From Octopus vulgaris (lineage: Eukaryota): a DNA stretch of 64,000 nt. The DNA is taken from assembly GCA_951406725.2 (NCBI GenBank), contig OX597819.1, positions 111,538,001 to 111,602,000 on the forward strand, given 5' to 3'. Below are positions 1 through 13,650 of the stretch, piece after piece (position 1 is the first letter of the stretch; each line of letters begins with the position of its first letter). Under the pieces are notes generated by a model. It was not told the origin of the DNA, searched no databases, and was given only the letters and a program-made list of their open reading frames with translations. Made by a program: the position numbers and the translations under genes.

Positions 1-140
1 AAACTCTTAGTTTAATGGAATATAGTGATCTGGAACTACAAAAGCACTTTCTCTTTCTCTTTCTTTCTTAACCATTCTCTCTCACCCCTTGTCCCTCTCT
101 CCTTATATCTTCCTATCTATTCCTTACTCCCTGACGCAAA

Positions 141-373
<233 letters not shown>

Positions 374-725
374 TATGTGTATGTTTGTGTGTATGTGTGT
401 GTGTGTGGGCGAGTGTATGTCTTATATGTGCTTTAACAAATAAGAACATGGAGAAATGTATGAAAAGAAAAACACAAAGAACAAGAAGAGTAAACCGACG
501 ACAGATGTAGCGGCAACTGCCTGTGCTTGTCAGGTGATCATTGGTTACATACAGTGCCAAGTGGTGTTATGTAAGTCTAAGTAATCCGATATAAAATGAC
601 AGCAAAGCTATTAAGGAATATTATGCGTAGAAATGCACATATATACATGCGCACAAGGGTGCACGTATGCGTATCTATGTGTACATGCGGATATATATAT
701 ATATACATGTGAATATGCGTGTATT

Positions 726-760
<35 letters not shown>

Positions 761-988
761 ATATATATGTATGTATGTATATGTATATGTATGTATATAT
801 ACGTATAAGCGTAAATAATTGAAGACAGTTTAAACAGCTGCATGTCTTGTTAATCGATTATATATTGTCGTTAAAAGCTACTAGTATACCTGTAAAAGGA
901 TGTGAAACCTGAATCGTATTATACATACATATATGCATACATACATAGATACATACATACATACATACTTACAAGCATCCATATATAA

Positions 989-1040
<52 letters not shown>

Positions 1041-1097
1041 ATACATATATATATATAGTTTGATATATACACACACATATATCTGTATGAGAAGTTA

Positions 1098-1098
1098 C

Positions 1099-1167
<69 letters not shown>

Positions 1168-1255
1168 CATTATTATTATTATTATTATTATTGTTACTAT
1201 TATTATTATCATCATCATTATTATTATTATTATCATCATCATCATCATTATTATT
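1098..1255. repeat. (TAT)n/(CAT)n microsatellite
   Basis: Direct reading. Confidence 0.95.
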
Positions 1256-1775
1256 TAGTATGTGTTTGTTCTTTGAATCAAAATATACCACAAAATACAT
1301 TAAGAACCCAATAGTAGATTATAACGCAGCACGTTGTAGTAAACGCAGTGGTGTACTGCCATGAGCTTTTCAGTGTATCGATTAAAATATTAGAATTATA
1401 TATATACAGATATGTGTGTGTGTGCGTGTATGCGTGCATGTGTATGTGTGTGTCTGCGTGTGGAGGTGTATACAATACAGACTTACATACACACACAGAG
1501 AAACACAAATACACACACATATATATACATACATACATACACACACATACATAAATACATATACATATATATATATATATAAATTTATGTTTTATGTCAC
1601 ATTTTATAAGAAATTTGACTAGAAATGTTTATGAAACTTTATATGTTCGTAGGTAACAGTGATTTCGAAGCTTCGACCTGCTACCCTTCATCGGAATATA
1701 TGATGAATGCAAGGAGTGCGAAACGTTCAAGTCAATCACCTTTCTTCTGTTAAAAAGTTCAATTCATTTCGGTAA

Positions 1776-1883
<108 letters not shown>

Positions 1884-2034
1884 GTGATTGCAAACATGAA
1901 TACAAATATCATAACTTCATGACTCGTTTAAATAACCCTCAAAATGCATTGATAATTTTCAAGATTCATAAATGAAATCAAATCCTCTCCATTTCACTTG
2001 TTTAATTCCATCCTGTTCCTTTTCAACGTGTAAG

Positions 2035-2084
2035 CCGTACATACTCTATCATCAGTCAACATAGAAATGATAGAGTATGGACGG
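2035..2084. repeat. 18-bp stem-loop upstream of a hammerhead motif
   Basis: ccgtacatactctatcat ... atgatagagtatggacgg, 17/18 complementary. Confidence 0.8.
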
Positions 2085-2244
2085 ATTTTTGAAGTCCAAT
2101 GATACCCTACATACCTATTTGATTATGAAGATTTACAAACATACTTCTCAGTGAAACTCAATATACTCACCATTATAGATAATACTAAATGTACATTTTC
2201 ATTTTTTTCATAATGTGATGGAAGTCTTTGGTATAGCAATTGCA

Positions 2245-2337
2245 TGCGGCTGAAGAGAGCTTTAACCATCTGTTATGTCGATTATACATTGATGTAAGAA
2301 TAGGTTGTTGTATAAAGCTTGAAACACGTGTACCGCG
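2245..2337 (+). ncRNA. Minimal type-I hammerhead ribozyme, intact core (Penelope pLTR type)
   Basis: TGCGG-CTGAAGA(2250-56)-helix II GAGCTTTA/TAAAGCTT-GAAA(2321-24)-C ACGT G-TA^CCGCG; helix I TGCGG/CCGCG; palindromic ACACGTGT. Confidence 0.8.
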
Positions 2338-2539
2338 GCATCCTTTGTGTTCTGTTTTTTTTTATTTCATTTAATGCATATACCCTCTCACCTCTGCTAC
2401 TAGCTGGCATCTACAGGTGCTTACACTTATCAAGTATTCACCCTGAATTTATGTATGTATGTATGTATGTATGTATGTATGTATGTATGTATGTATGTAT
2501 AGATGTACATATACGTATGTATATATATAAACTTAGATA

Positions 2540-3335
2540 GGTTTCGACCAAAGATTGGACCAGACCATGTCTAACTTAATAGCACCACCTAATGTAAATC
2601 ATTTTGAAGTCAAGATTTGTGTTATCATGGTTCATTCCAGTAGGGAGTTCTGGTTGACGGAGTTGTATCCAGGTATAGGTTGCTTATCTGGTATTCCTTG
2701 AAGAAATTTGTCCAGGTTCCGTTCATAGTTAAGGAGATCCTTTTCCTCTTTGATCTGTTTCGGGGCAATGTTAAATAGGGCAGGGTCTGTTGAGGAAACG
2801 AAATTGTCTTGCAGTGTATTTATGTGCTTTGATCCTGAATTGGGTAGGGGACGTATCGCCCGTGGTCATAGCATTGGATGAATTTTGAAGTTAATATTGA
2901 GGTCGTTTGGACAATGTTAGTGATATATTCTCCACATCGAGCAAATGGTATATCGCTCGCGGTGACGCTGGAGAGAACAGAATTTCAATGCTTTCAGGTG
3001 TCCCAATAATCGAGATCCCTCATGACCTTAAATCTGTCAGTGAAGGACCACTGAGGTGTTTCAATTTTCGAGATGTTTTGTTTTGTATGGGGAGACCACA
3101 GGGACAGCAGTATTTGAGCTGTGGCCGTACAAAGGAGAAACGTGGAATGATGAATACCTTGTCCTCTGGACCGGAAGATTCTCAGGATCCAGGAGCTCCT
3201 CCTACGAACAATATCGACTTTATTGTCGATGTGGGCACTCCAAATGAGACTGTTATCAACAATTGTTTCAAGGTCTCTGATATTATAAGATGATGGGAGA
3301 AGTTAACCTGAAGGAAGAGAGTATGACTGATTTAG
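2540..3335 (-). mobile_element. CR1/L2-group LINE 3' fragment (RT C-terminus), degenerate
   Basis: Minus-strand translation across frameshifts: IRDLETIVDNSLIWSAHI...WILRIFRSR...FVRPQLKYCC.WSPHTKQNISKIE...LDYW..SLQRHRERY. Confidence 0.85.
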
Positions 3336-3361
3336 CATAGTCTTTTTTTCCAAAATGGATC

Positions 3362-3867
3362 AGCTCAAGTTTTCTCTCGTTTAGTTGCATTTTGTTTTTT
3401 TCTTCCCATTGATTCATAGCATGTAGATAACTCACGGATGGTGATTCGACGATTTCCTCTCACTGCTCCATGCACATCTGCGATGTTTTTCTCAGTTCTT
3501 CTGGTTGCGGGTCTCCCAGAACATTCGTCAATATCGACATTTTTCGGCCATCTTGGAAACGTCTGAACCACTCCTACACTTGTGTGCGGCTCATTCACTC
3601 CTCTCCATACACTTTCTGCAACATTTTGTAGGCCTTTGAGCAGGTATTCCCGTGAGAATTTTTTCTGTCATTGTCAGTGCGACGATTACACGCTATACAC
3701 GTTTCTTCCAAGCACTGCTGTAAACGCCGGAAGTGAGCTAGAACGTTAAGTCTTAGTGCGCATGCACAGCAGAGTTTAAGGTCAATCTTTATCAAGCGGC
3801 TTTACTCTGCATGCTTTAGTTTCGTTACTATGACAACAGTCCAGATACTTATTGATCAGAGGTAGTA
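3362..3867 (-). mobile_element. Tc1/mariner fragment: TIR plus N-terminal HTH of transposase, disrupted
   Basis: AYKMLQKVYGEE*MSRTQV*EWFRRFQDGRK..DECSGRPAT..TEKNIADVHGAVRGNRRITIREL; TIR-like end TACTACCTCTGATCAATAAGTATCTGGAC. Confidence 0.85.
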
Positions 3868-4499
3868 TACTTCCTCTAAAAACATTAAAATTATCACAAG
3901 GGTAAAACTACCTCACGTGCTGAATATTGAAAATTTATTTCAGAAAAAGATAAATTTGATCAATATTTTCTTTGATGAATAAAATTAAAGCAGCCATTTT
4001 ATTAAAAGGAACATTTTTTTCTTATAACTACTTACTTTTCGACGGAGTTTTCAAAAATATGTTGCCAATTAAGAGTATCAGATTTAGAAAATACAATAAC
4101 TGTTCCAATGCAAAAATTTAATTATAGATTAGAAAAAGTGAAAATTTGCCAGAAAATAAAAACTAAGAGCTTGCATGAAATTGAGAAACCTACATTTCCA
4201 TATCTAAAATATACTGGAAAACAAACGGGATCATTTTGAACGACATCAACATCTAAAATTCAAAGCATCACCATTTACCGTGAAATCGGTGAGAGAACAA
4301 AGCTTATTAAGTATAGTTTAATATTCATATTTTACATTTAAGGATCATAAACGTCAACTTAAAACCACCTATGTTTTTTTGTTGTTGTTGCTATTGATCT
4401 TTCTACTGTTCATGGTACCATTGTTTATGTTGCTATTTTGTTGTTATTATTCTTGACACTCTTGTTGATGTTACTATTATTCTTTATATCTTTGTTCTT

Positions 4500-4893
4500 G
4501 TTGTTGCTGCTGCTGCTGTTGCTGTTGAGCGAACGGTCTTCGTCCCAGAGCTCGCAAGATGGGAGAAGTCCGAAACATGGTCCTTTGTTATTCGTAATAC
4601 CCGCAGAAGAGAAAGAAGGTCAACCTCCGACACCGAGAGCATCGACGGATGGATGAATGCGCATCCAGGCTCAGCGGTTGCGTAGGAAGTCGGGGACAAG
4701 AAACAGGAAGAAAGAGTGAGATAAAGTTGGAGCGAAAGAGTACAACAGGGATCGCCACCACCACCCTGCAGGAGCCTCGTGGAGCTTTAGGTGTTTTCGC
4801 TCAATAAACACACACAACGCCCGGTCTGGGAATCGAAACCGCGATCCTCTGACCGCGAGTCAGCTGCCCTAACCACTGGGCCATTGCGCCTCC
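4500..4893 (-). mobile_element. tRNA-derived SINE family A (tail type 1)
   Basis: Head GGAGGCGCAATGGCCCAGTGGTTAGGGCAG (A box) and GGTTTCGATTCCC (B box); homologous to 53213-53470 and 62331-62659; (CAA/CAG)n tail. Confidence 0.85.
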
Positions 4894-5226
4894 TAATGTT
4901 GCTGCTGTTGATGTCGGTGTTGTTATTCTTATTGCAGTTACTGTTACACTGATTTTGTTATTTTTATACTGTCCATGTTGTAACTGATAACGTTGTTGTT
5001 GCTATTGTTACTATCATTGCTATTATTTCTAATGGTGTTGCTTTACCGTTGTTGCTCCTATGGCCATTACTTTAAATAACCAGCATTATTACAGCTATTC
5101 CTATTGTTATTACTGTTGTTGTTGTTGTTGTTACAAATGTTGTCACATCCACTGATCATGTTCTGAATGTCTGCCTTGCTTTTAGATGCTGTTAGTTTTG
5201 TTGTTATTGTTGTTGTTATTATTATT

Positions 5227-5292
5227 ATTACTCCCGCCTTAGCGAAAGCGGAGGTATTGTTTTCAGTCACGTTTGTTTGTTTGTTTGTTTGT
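5227..5292 (+). mobile_element. Helentron/HINE-like 5' end fragment
   Basis: ATTACTCCCGCCTTAGCGAAAGCGGAGGTATTGTTTTC followed by (GTTT)n, the typical HINE/DINE-1-like layout. Confidence 0.5.
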
Positions 5293-5439
5293 GATACCCT
5301 TAAAGCCAGGAACATTCCAGCACCCCGTTGTCAATGCCGTTATTATTCTTAATGTAGTTGCTAGTGTTTTTAGAATCGTTGCGACTTTCGTTCCCGTTTT
5401 TCATATTGATATCTTTAATGTGGTCGTTAAGATGTTTTA

Positions 5440-5605
5440 CCATTTACACGTTCCAGTCATTGGACTGCAGGGACACCACCATAAAGTGCTTATTACAACA
5501 GATCAAACCCAGTACTTATTTTATAATTCTGATACTTATTCTATCAGTCTGTTTTGCGGTATCGCATAGTTGCAGGAATGTAAATAAACCAACGCCAGCT
5601 GTAAA
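5440..5605 (-). mobile_element. SINE family C 3' fragment, diverged
   Basis: Similar to tail of 8925-9360 (tacttattctatc...gtaaa.aaaccaac). Confidence 0.65.
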
Positions 5606-5665
5606 GAGTTGTGTAGACAAATGCACGCTCACTCATGCATATATACATACATATGTGTACATGCC

Positions 5666-5705
<40 letters not shown>

Positions 5706-5783
5706 TACAGGACATAAAAAAACGTTGAACAAAATGAGAAACGAAAACATAAAAACAAAAACATAGAAACGAAATTTTTTTCG

Positions 5784-5979
5784 AACAACGAAAAAAACAA
5801 AAAGAGAAACGGACATAGAACATAAAGAATATTCCCCTTCTTCAGTTGTCCCTGTTTCATCTACTCTACGTTACGAAGGCAAGGACAAGACGCGAGATGA
5901 AGCTGGGACAACTGAAGAAGGGGAATATTCTTTATGTTGTATGTCTCGTTTGCCTGTCTGTTTTCTTTTTTTCGTTGTT
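5784..5979. repeat. Fold-back element with perfect 34-bp inverted repeat
   Basis: 5819-5852 is the exact reverse complement of 5905-5938; imperfect extensions on both sides. Confidence 0.9.
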
Positions 5980-5983
5980 ACGT

Positions 5984-6216
5984 GGAGGCACATAGCCTAG
6001 TGGTTAGAACGGCGGGCTCGCGGTTGAGAGATCACGGGTTCGAATCTCCAACCGGGCGATGTGTGTGTTTATGAGCGAAAAACCTAAGCTCCACGCGTCT
6101 CCGGCAGAAGGTAATGCTGGATAACCTATACGCCAAGGAAACCTATACGCCAAGGAAACCGGGAAACCGGCCCTTATGAGCCAGGCATGGCGCGAGAAAG
6201 AACGAACAACAACAAT
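5984..6216 (+). mobile_element. tRNA-derived SINE family A' (GAAACCGGGAAACCGGCCC tail)
   Basis: A/B boxes; homologous to 43830-44104; internal duplication of aacctatacgccaagg. Confidence 0.8.
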
Positions 6217-6549
6217 AGTTATTACATTGTTGTTGTTACTGTTGCTATTGTTGAAGTTATTTTTCAATGCTATTGTTGTTTCTATCGTATTGTTGTTATT
6301 CTTCATATTGTTGCTAATATCATTATTGTTCTTGCTATCGTTTTTTTAATTTTTTAAGGCTATTGTTTTGTTGTTACAGTTACTGTTGTTACTGCTGTGC
6401 CTATCGTAGCTATTGCTATTGTGGCTGTTGTTATGGTCATTAGCACTTTTCTGAGTTATTGTTGTTGTTATGCTACTGTTAACACTGTTGTTTCCATTGA
6501 TGTAATTGTTATTATAGTCATCACATATTTCAATGTTGTTGTTATATGA

Positions 6550-6885
6550 AGGGGCATGGCCAAGTGGTTAGGGTGTCGTACTCATGATCCCCATATGCGA
6601 GTTCGATTCTCAGATCGAAAGATGTGCTCTATTGCTCAGTGGGGACCGGCATACCAAAGAACAGACCCAACGTTTCCTCAGCGTGTCATAAAATGGCTGC
6701 TAAAACAGGTTGAGGTAGGATTTGCGCTCCGACTTTGTAAAACCCTCACCACCAATGCCTACCGAAACAAACCTGTTGATTGGATGGTTGTCGCCTGATT
6801 GGTGCAAAGATGTCATCCGCCAAGAGTAGAGAATCACCAACAAACGGCTGATGCCGCGACACGGGCTGTTACTGCGCATGCCCTC
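6550..6885 (+). mobile_element. tRNA-like SINE head joined to an unclassified body
   Basis: GGGGCATGGCCAAGTGGTTAGGGTG...GAGTTCGATTCTC A/B boxes. Confidence 0.45.
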
Positions 6886-6997
6886 ATATTACTGCTGCTA
6901 GGTTGCTTTTGCTGGAGATGTTCTTTCGCTGGAGATGTTCTTACGCTAATTTATCAATATTGCTGCTGTTGACTGTTGTTGTTGATTGTTGTTGTTG

Positions 6998-7041
<44 letters not shown>

Positions 7042-7704
7042 GTGTTGTTGTTGTTAAGCAACAAGACGGGTAAGGGTGATTAGGTGATGGTCTAGGGCTT
7101 AGGGGCGGGAGACCCCAGACCTTGGAAGGAAAAAAAAAACTTTGGTCGTCTTGTTGTAGTCGAGGGCTCTTCGTTGACACCCGCGACACCACTGGGAGGT
7201 GGCCCTCGAAGTCGCTGGAAATAGAGATCTCCAGGTCCAAATTCTTGAACGGCTGCTGCTGTTGATGTTGTTGTTGCTATTGTTGCTATTGTTGTTACCA
7301 TTTTATTTGTTGTTATCTTCGCTATTTTCCACAATATTGCTGTTGATGTTTTCGCTGTTTGGTGCTCTTATTGCTCTTGTCATTGCAGTTGTTGGTATCG
7401 TTGTTGCTAATATTGATGTTGCCGTTGCTATTGTTATTGTTGCTGTTGTTTCTATCGTCATTATTTTTCAATGCTCTTGTTGATGCATTTAAAGAAACGC
7501 CGTCCATTGTTAAGTCGTCACACACGCACAAAAGCTAACACAATTAGTGAGGAGTGACCGTTCAATCGCACCTGAGTACTTCAGTACTCCCTCTCTACTG
7601 CTTTTGTTAGTAGTGGCGGTAGCAGTTGGTTGTGATAGTGGAAGGAGGTTGTATGGGTGGGGTGATTGTTTGTAGTAGCAGTGAGATGGTGGGAGTGGTT
7701 GTTT

Positions 7705-8455
<751 letters not shown>

Positions 8456-8737
8456 TACTGAGGTTGGTAGGGGAGAGATAAAATGGGAACGGGCTGCAAG
8501 ATTTGAAAACGGTTCAAGTGTTCCAGGAGCATCCATCCCATTGAACGCGCTAACTGTGATGTTATTAGTTGCCGTAGTGGCAATGAGGGTGATGGTAAGA
8601 GGAAGTTATATAAGGCGAGTATGTGTTGATGCTGTTTTTGTTGTTTTTTTAGCACCTTGTTAACAATGATAGGATGCATGTTCCATCAATGACCAACCGT
8701 TCTTTCATTCAAACAGAACAGACTTCGATATTGTGTC

Positions 8738-8925
8738 GTATCTTAGTGGTTGGGGGTTTTCGGCTCACAGTCGTAAGGCTGCGAGTTCGTGTCCCGGTGG
8801 CACGTTGGGTGTGTCCTTGAGCAAAGTATTTCATTCCACCTTGCTCCAATTCATTCAGCTGGTAAATTTAGTTATATTTCTAATTCAAAGGCGCCACCCT
8901 TGTCACATGCTGTGTCACGCTGAAC
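8738..8925 (+). mobile_element. SINE family D 5' half; 3' part resumes at ~9760-9822
   Basis: Homologous to 11037-11358 (tgtgtccttgagcaa...cttgtcaca..ctgtgtcacgctgaa). Confidence 0.7.
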
Positions 8926-9360
8926 CTTCTTTTACTTCTTTCAGTCATTTGATTGTGGCCATGCTGGAGCACCGCCTTTAGTCGAGCAAATCGACCCCAG
9001 GACTTATTCTTTGTAAGCCTAGTACTTATTCTATCGGTCTCTTTTGCCGAACCGCTAAGTTACGGGGGACGTAAACACACCACCATCGGTTGTCAAGCGA
9101 TGTTGGGGGGACAACACAGACACACAAACATATACACACACACATTCATGCATATATATATATAGAGAGAGAGGGGGGAGAGAGAGATACATATATACGA
9201 CGGGCTTCTTTCAGTTTCCGTCTACCAAATCCACTCACAAGGCTTTGGTCGGCCCGAGGCTATAGTAGAAGACATTTGCCCAAGGTGCCACGCAGAGGGA
9301 CTAAACTCGGAACCATGTGGTTCGTAAGCAAGCTACTTACCACACAGCCACTCCTGCGCC
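8925..9360 (-). mobile_element. SINE family C (internal CA/TA microsatellite), full length
   Basis: Head GGCGCAGGAGTGGCTGTGTGGTAAGTAGC; more than 10 homologous copies in window. Confidence 0.9.
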
Positions 9361-9483
9361 TTTAAAGAAATCACACAGTGCAGTTGATGTCATAGACAAA
9401 TACACGAAGGACAAGTTTTAACAACTGCCTTCGCTGCCAAGTGTGATTGACCTAGCGATTGAACCCGCATGACTATACCTTCC

Positions 9484-9708
9484 GAGCTGGCAGAAACGTT
9501 AGCACGCTGGACGCAATGCTTAGTGGTATTTCGTCTGTTTTTACGTTCTGAGTTCAAATTCTGTAGAGGTCGACTTTACCTTTCATCCTTTCGGGGTCGA
9601 TAAATAAAGTACCAGTTTCGCACTGGGCTCGATATAATCGACTTACTCCCTTTGTCTGTCCTTGTTTGTCCCCTCTATGTTTAGCCCCTTGTGGACAGTA
9701 AAGAAATA
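9484..9708 (+). mobile_element. SINE family B (tail 1) with 10-bp TSD
   Basis: TSD tataccttcc at 9474-9483 and 9709-9718; central gtcgacttt.cctttcatcctttcggggtcgat. Confidence 0.9.
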
Positions 9709-11036
9709 TATACCTTCCATTACTAACCAACTAACATATCCACTCACCAATTGGGCCCATTAAGGATATGCATGTCTGTGGTGTACTCGGCCACTTGATC
9801 GTTTATTTCACGACGGAGTGCCGGATACTGTCCTATATTTAGAAAAAAGATGGCGGATTCTACATTACGTTGTTGCAGCTGGGGGTGGTGATGGTGACTA
9901 TGATGATGGTGGTGATTGGAGAGGAGGATGTAGATGAAGAAAAGGGGGAGGAGAAGGTTTCGTGTGGTGGGGACGGGGTGGGATGGGTGGAGTGTAGTGG
10001 GTGTGGTAGTGGTGGCAATAACAGTGATAGTGGTGGTGTGAGTGAGACTGATGGTTTTGAATCAGCAAAAAAACTCAATGTTTTTTTTTGTCACCACAAC
10101 TGATTTTAATAAGCCGTTGGCAATACCCGGCCACATGGCGAAATGATTCTACTGCTCATCTGATATCAGTTTCTTCTTTTACCATGCAGAACATCACCAA
10201 AGACAGAGACACAGTTATTCTGCAAACAATTTTTCCTACTCTCCAACAACGACTGAACCAGTTTGCTTCTTTGTTGGTCAATCTTGACGATCCGCTACCA
10301 ATTTCGGTCTTGGTCACGGACCCACTAGCACAAAGCTTTCTCTGTTAATTTATAGTAGCTAACCCTACAGATTGATGGAATAAGTTCGACACTTGAAAAG
10401 GATAAGTGCTGAAATCGATTTGTTCGACTAAAAATTCACAATTCCTTAGCACAAGCTACACACCTTTACCTTCTGTACAGTACTCGATAAAATGCAGTTC
10501 TCTGACGATCGCTACAGCCAGAAACGCGGCTATCTTAATATACTCCACTTCTCAGCTGTTTATCCAACGTTTACTATCACGTACGTAGCTGCTGACATAC
10601 TTATTACTTATTATTCAATTATCATTAAATTTTGTCAAATGTCTTTTTTGTAGGGTCATAATATATTACATCTAAACTAGCGTTCACCCCGCCAATCCTA
10701 GTCACCGGCTACAGACACCAAGCCTCCTTGTCACTACACTTAATCATACGCAGTTTCCTAATTGACGAAAATCATTCAGCGAACAACAACAACAGCAGCA
10801 GCAGCACCAACAGCAACAACAACAACAACATCAGCAAAATAAAATGTCTTCTCATTATGTTTGTATTGAAACGTAGTAGTTGACGATGTCGTTGTTGTCA
10901 GTGACAACATTAACAATGCTGTTGTTATTGTTATTGTTGTTGTAACTGTTGTTCTTATTACTGTTGGTAGTGGTGGTGGTGTTACTATTGTTGCTGTTAT
11001 TTCAACCCCTTCCAATGTTCGATCTCATTCAATAGG

Positions 11037-11358
11037 AGCACTCCGTCGGTTGCGACGACGAGGATCCCAGCTGATACGATCAACGGAACAGCTTGCTTGT
11101 GAAATTAACGTGCAAGTGGCTGAGCACTCCACAGACATGTGTACCCTTAACGTAGGTCTTGGGGAGATTCAGCGTGACACAGTGTGACAAGGCTGGCCCT
11201 TTGAAATACAGGTACTACTCATTTTTGCCAGCTGAGTGGACTGGAGCAACGGGAAATAAAGTGTCTTGCTCAAGGACACAACGCGCCGCCGGGAATTGAA
11301 CGCACTACCTTACGATCATGAGCCGAATGCCCCTAACCACTAAGCCACGCGTCTTTAC
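11037..11358 (-). mobile_element. SINE family D, full length with 14-bp TSD
   Basis: TSD tctcattcaatagg at 11023-11036 and 11359-11372; A/B boxes; CORE/V-like tgtgtccttgagcaagacacttt. Confidence 0.9.
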
Positions 11359-11524
11359 TCTCATTCAATAGGTCAATGAGTAAAGAAATTCTAGCCATGA
11401 CCAATGCGTTTGTTTGTATTATAAAGAACCACGTTACCAGATCACTCTTTCCCAATTTCTCTTAAAGACAGTTGAGTATTATATGAGTGGCATTTGACTG
11501 CTATTTCTACACTTAATGTCGCTG

Positions 11525-12005
11525 TGATGGTGGAATGGCAATGGTGGTGTGGAGGTGGTGATGGGATTGTGGTATTGGTGTGGTAGTGGTGGTGGTGGTG
11601 GTGAGGATGGTGGTGATAGTAGTGGTGGTGGTGATGATGGTGGTGATGGTAGTAGTAATGGTGGTGGTGATGGAAATAGTGGAGGTAGTAGGGGTGGTGG
11701 TGGTGGTGGTGGTGGTGGTGGTTGTGATAGCGGTAGTGTTAGTGGTAGTAGTAGTAGTGGTGGTGATGATGGTGGTGATGGTGATAGTGGAGGTAGTAGG
11801 GGTGGTGATGGTGGTGGTGGTGGTGGTGATCGTACTGGTGGTGGTATGGTGTTGATGGTGGTGGTGGTGGTAGTATTAGTAGTGGCGGTGGTGGTGATGG
11901 TAAGAGTAGAGGTAGTAAGGGTAGTGGTGGTGATTGTGGTAGTAGTGGTGGTGGTGATTGTGGTGGTGGTGGTGGTCGTCGTCGTCGTCGTCGTCGTCGT
12001 GGTGA
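11525..12005. repeat. Degenerate (GGT/GAT/AGT)n low-complexity tract
   Basis: Direct reading. Confidence 0.9.
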
Positions 12006-12566
12006 TAAGTTACCGTTGCTGATATTTCAATAGACACATTGTTAGGCAATTGGTAATTTGGCTGGAAGCAGTGGGTGTGGCGAAATGCTTCTCTACGTCT
12101 ATGCATCTGTCTGTTCACTTCACAAATGAAAAAGTCTCGGGTTCGAATGCACAGCATGGTTTTTTGCGCAAGAGTATTTTATTAAATCATCGGGTCAGAT
12201 TATGGCTCTTGCGTGAAACTGGGTGGCTGGTAACTGCATGAGTTCGATCCTTCGTACTAGTATTTCAAAGTGACAGCATTGTTACAAATAATATTTTGAT
12301 AAGTCTGTCTCAGAATCTGGTACATAGGTCTGTGGAATATTCAACCATTTATTGGTTAATATCATGTGTAGGTTGTTCAGTTAATCGAGAAACTGGAAGA
12401 GTCATCGTTGATACCGACGGAGCACCTTTTGTATTTGTTTTTTGTTTTTTTACTTTTATGTGTGTATGTCTGGGTATGCTTGTCTGTGGGCACTTTGTGT
12501 GTTCGTAAGCGGATATTTGTGTGTGTTTGTATATATGTATGTATGCGTGTACATGTCTATGTAGAT

Positions 12567-12606
<40 letters not shown>

Positions 12607-12889
12607 GTATGCATATATATACGTATATATGTATATATGTATTTATACATGTGTGTGTGTGTGTGTGTGTGTGTAATCAGAATGATAATTGCTTGTTTTT
12701 GTATGCTTCATCCTCTAATACATGGGTACGTGGGTATGTGTAGATATAATTATACATATGTCTGTAAACACCCATATATATATGATGAAGATTAGTGAAA
12801 CAACCCATTATCAATGTTAATATATATACATATACATACATATATATATATACATATATATATATACATATACATACATATATATATAT

Positions 12890-12988
<99 letters not shown>

Positions 12989-13517
12989 TATATATATACA
13001 TATGTACAGAAAGCTATGACACATACATACACACACGTGCGCACACATTCACATACCAACTGCTAATTATTGGAGATTTGTTTTACTAGTATTAAGTATC
13101 CGTGTCAGTTTAACCAATTTAAGGTTAGTCACTAATTACGGTTAATTACCTCTCAACTAATGAACATATTTCACTGCTAAATTGTTAAATATCTTTAACT
13201 GTTCACAACAATAACCCTACCTAGTTTGGTTACATGATATGGCGGTATTGTAAATGACTCTTGAGCGATGTGGTGTGAATGTTGTTGTGGTTAGTGGTGG
13301 TGATGTTGGTGGTGATGATGATGATGGTGGTGGTGGTGGTGGTGTGGTGTGGTGATCCTGCTGTTGCTGTAGCTGCAGCTGCCGTTGGGATGGTGTCGAA
13401 GGTATAGTGGTGTCTATATGTACGTATATATACGTTTTGTGTGTTTGTGTGTTGTCTTATTAATGTGTGTGTGGATGTGTGCGCGCGACCGTGCGTGTGT
13501 GTGTGTGAATGTCATTT

Positions 13518-13617
<100 letters not shown>

Positions 13618-13650
13618 AGTACTGGAGTGTGTATTTGTGGATTTTCTTGT

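Noticed and set aside
1655-1735. Two opposed hammerhead-like motifs
   Set aside because: Multiple core changes and poor helix I; kept only as degenerate relatives
2907-3293. 128-aa plus-strand ORF
   Set aside because: Antisense shadow of the minus-strand LINE RT fragment
3880-4372. Non-autonomous DNA-transposon-like sequence (also 20470-20700 and 54405-54650)
   Set aside because: Paired TIRs and TSDs could not be demonstrated
6640-6720. Possible HDV-like ribozyme (ACG-TTTCCTCAG-CGT...GCTAA)
   Set aside because: P3/L3 and J4/2-like pieces are present, but no convincing P1 or P2 could be paired by eye
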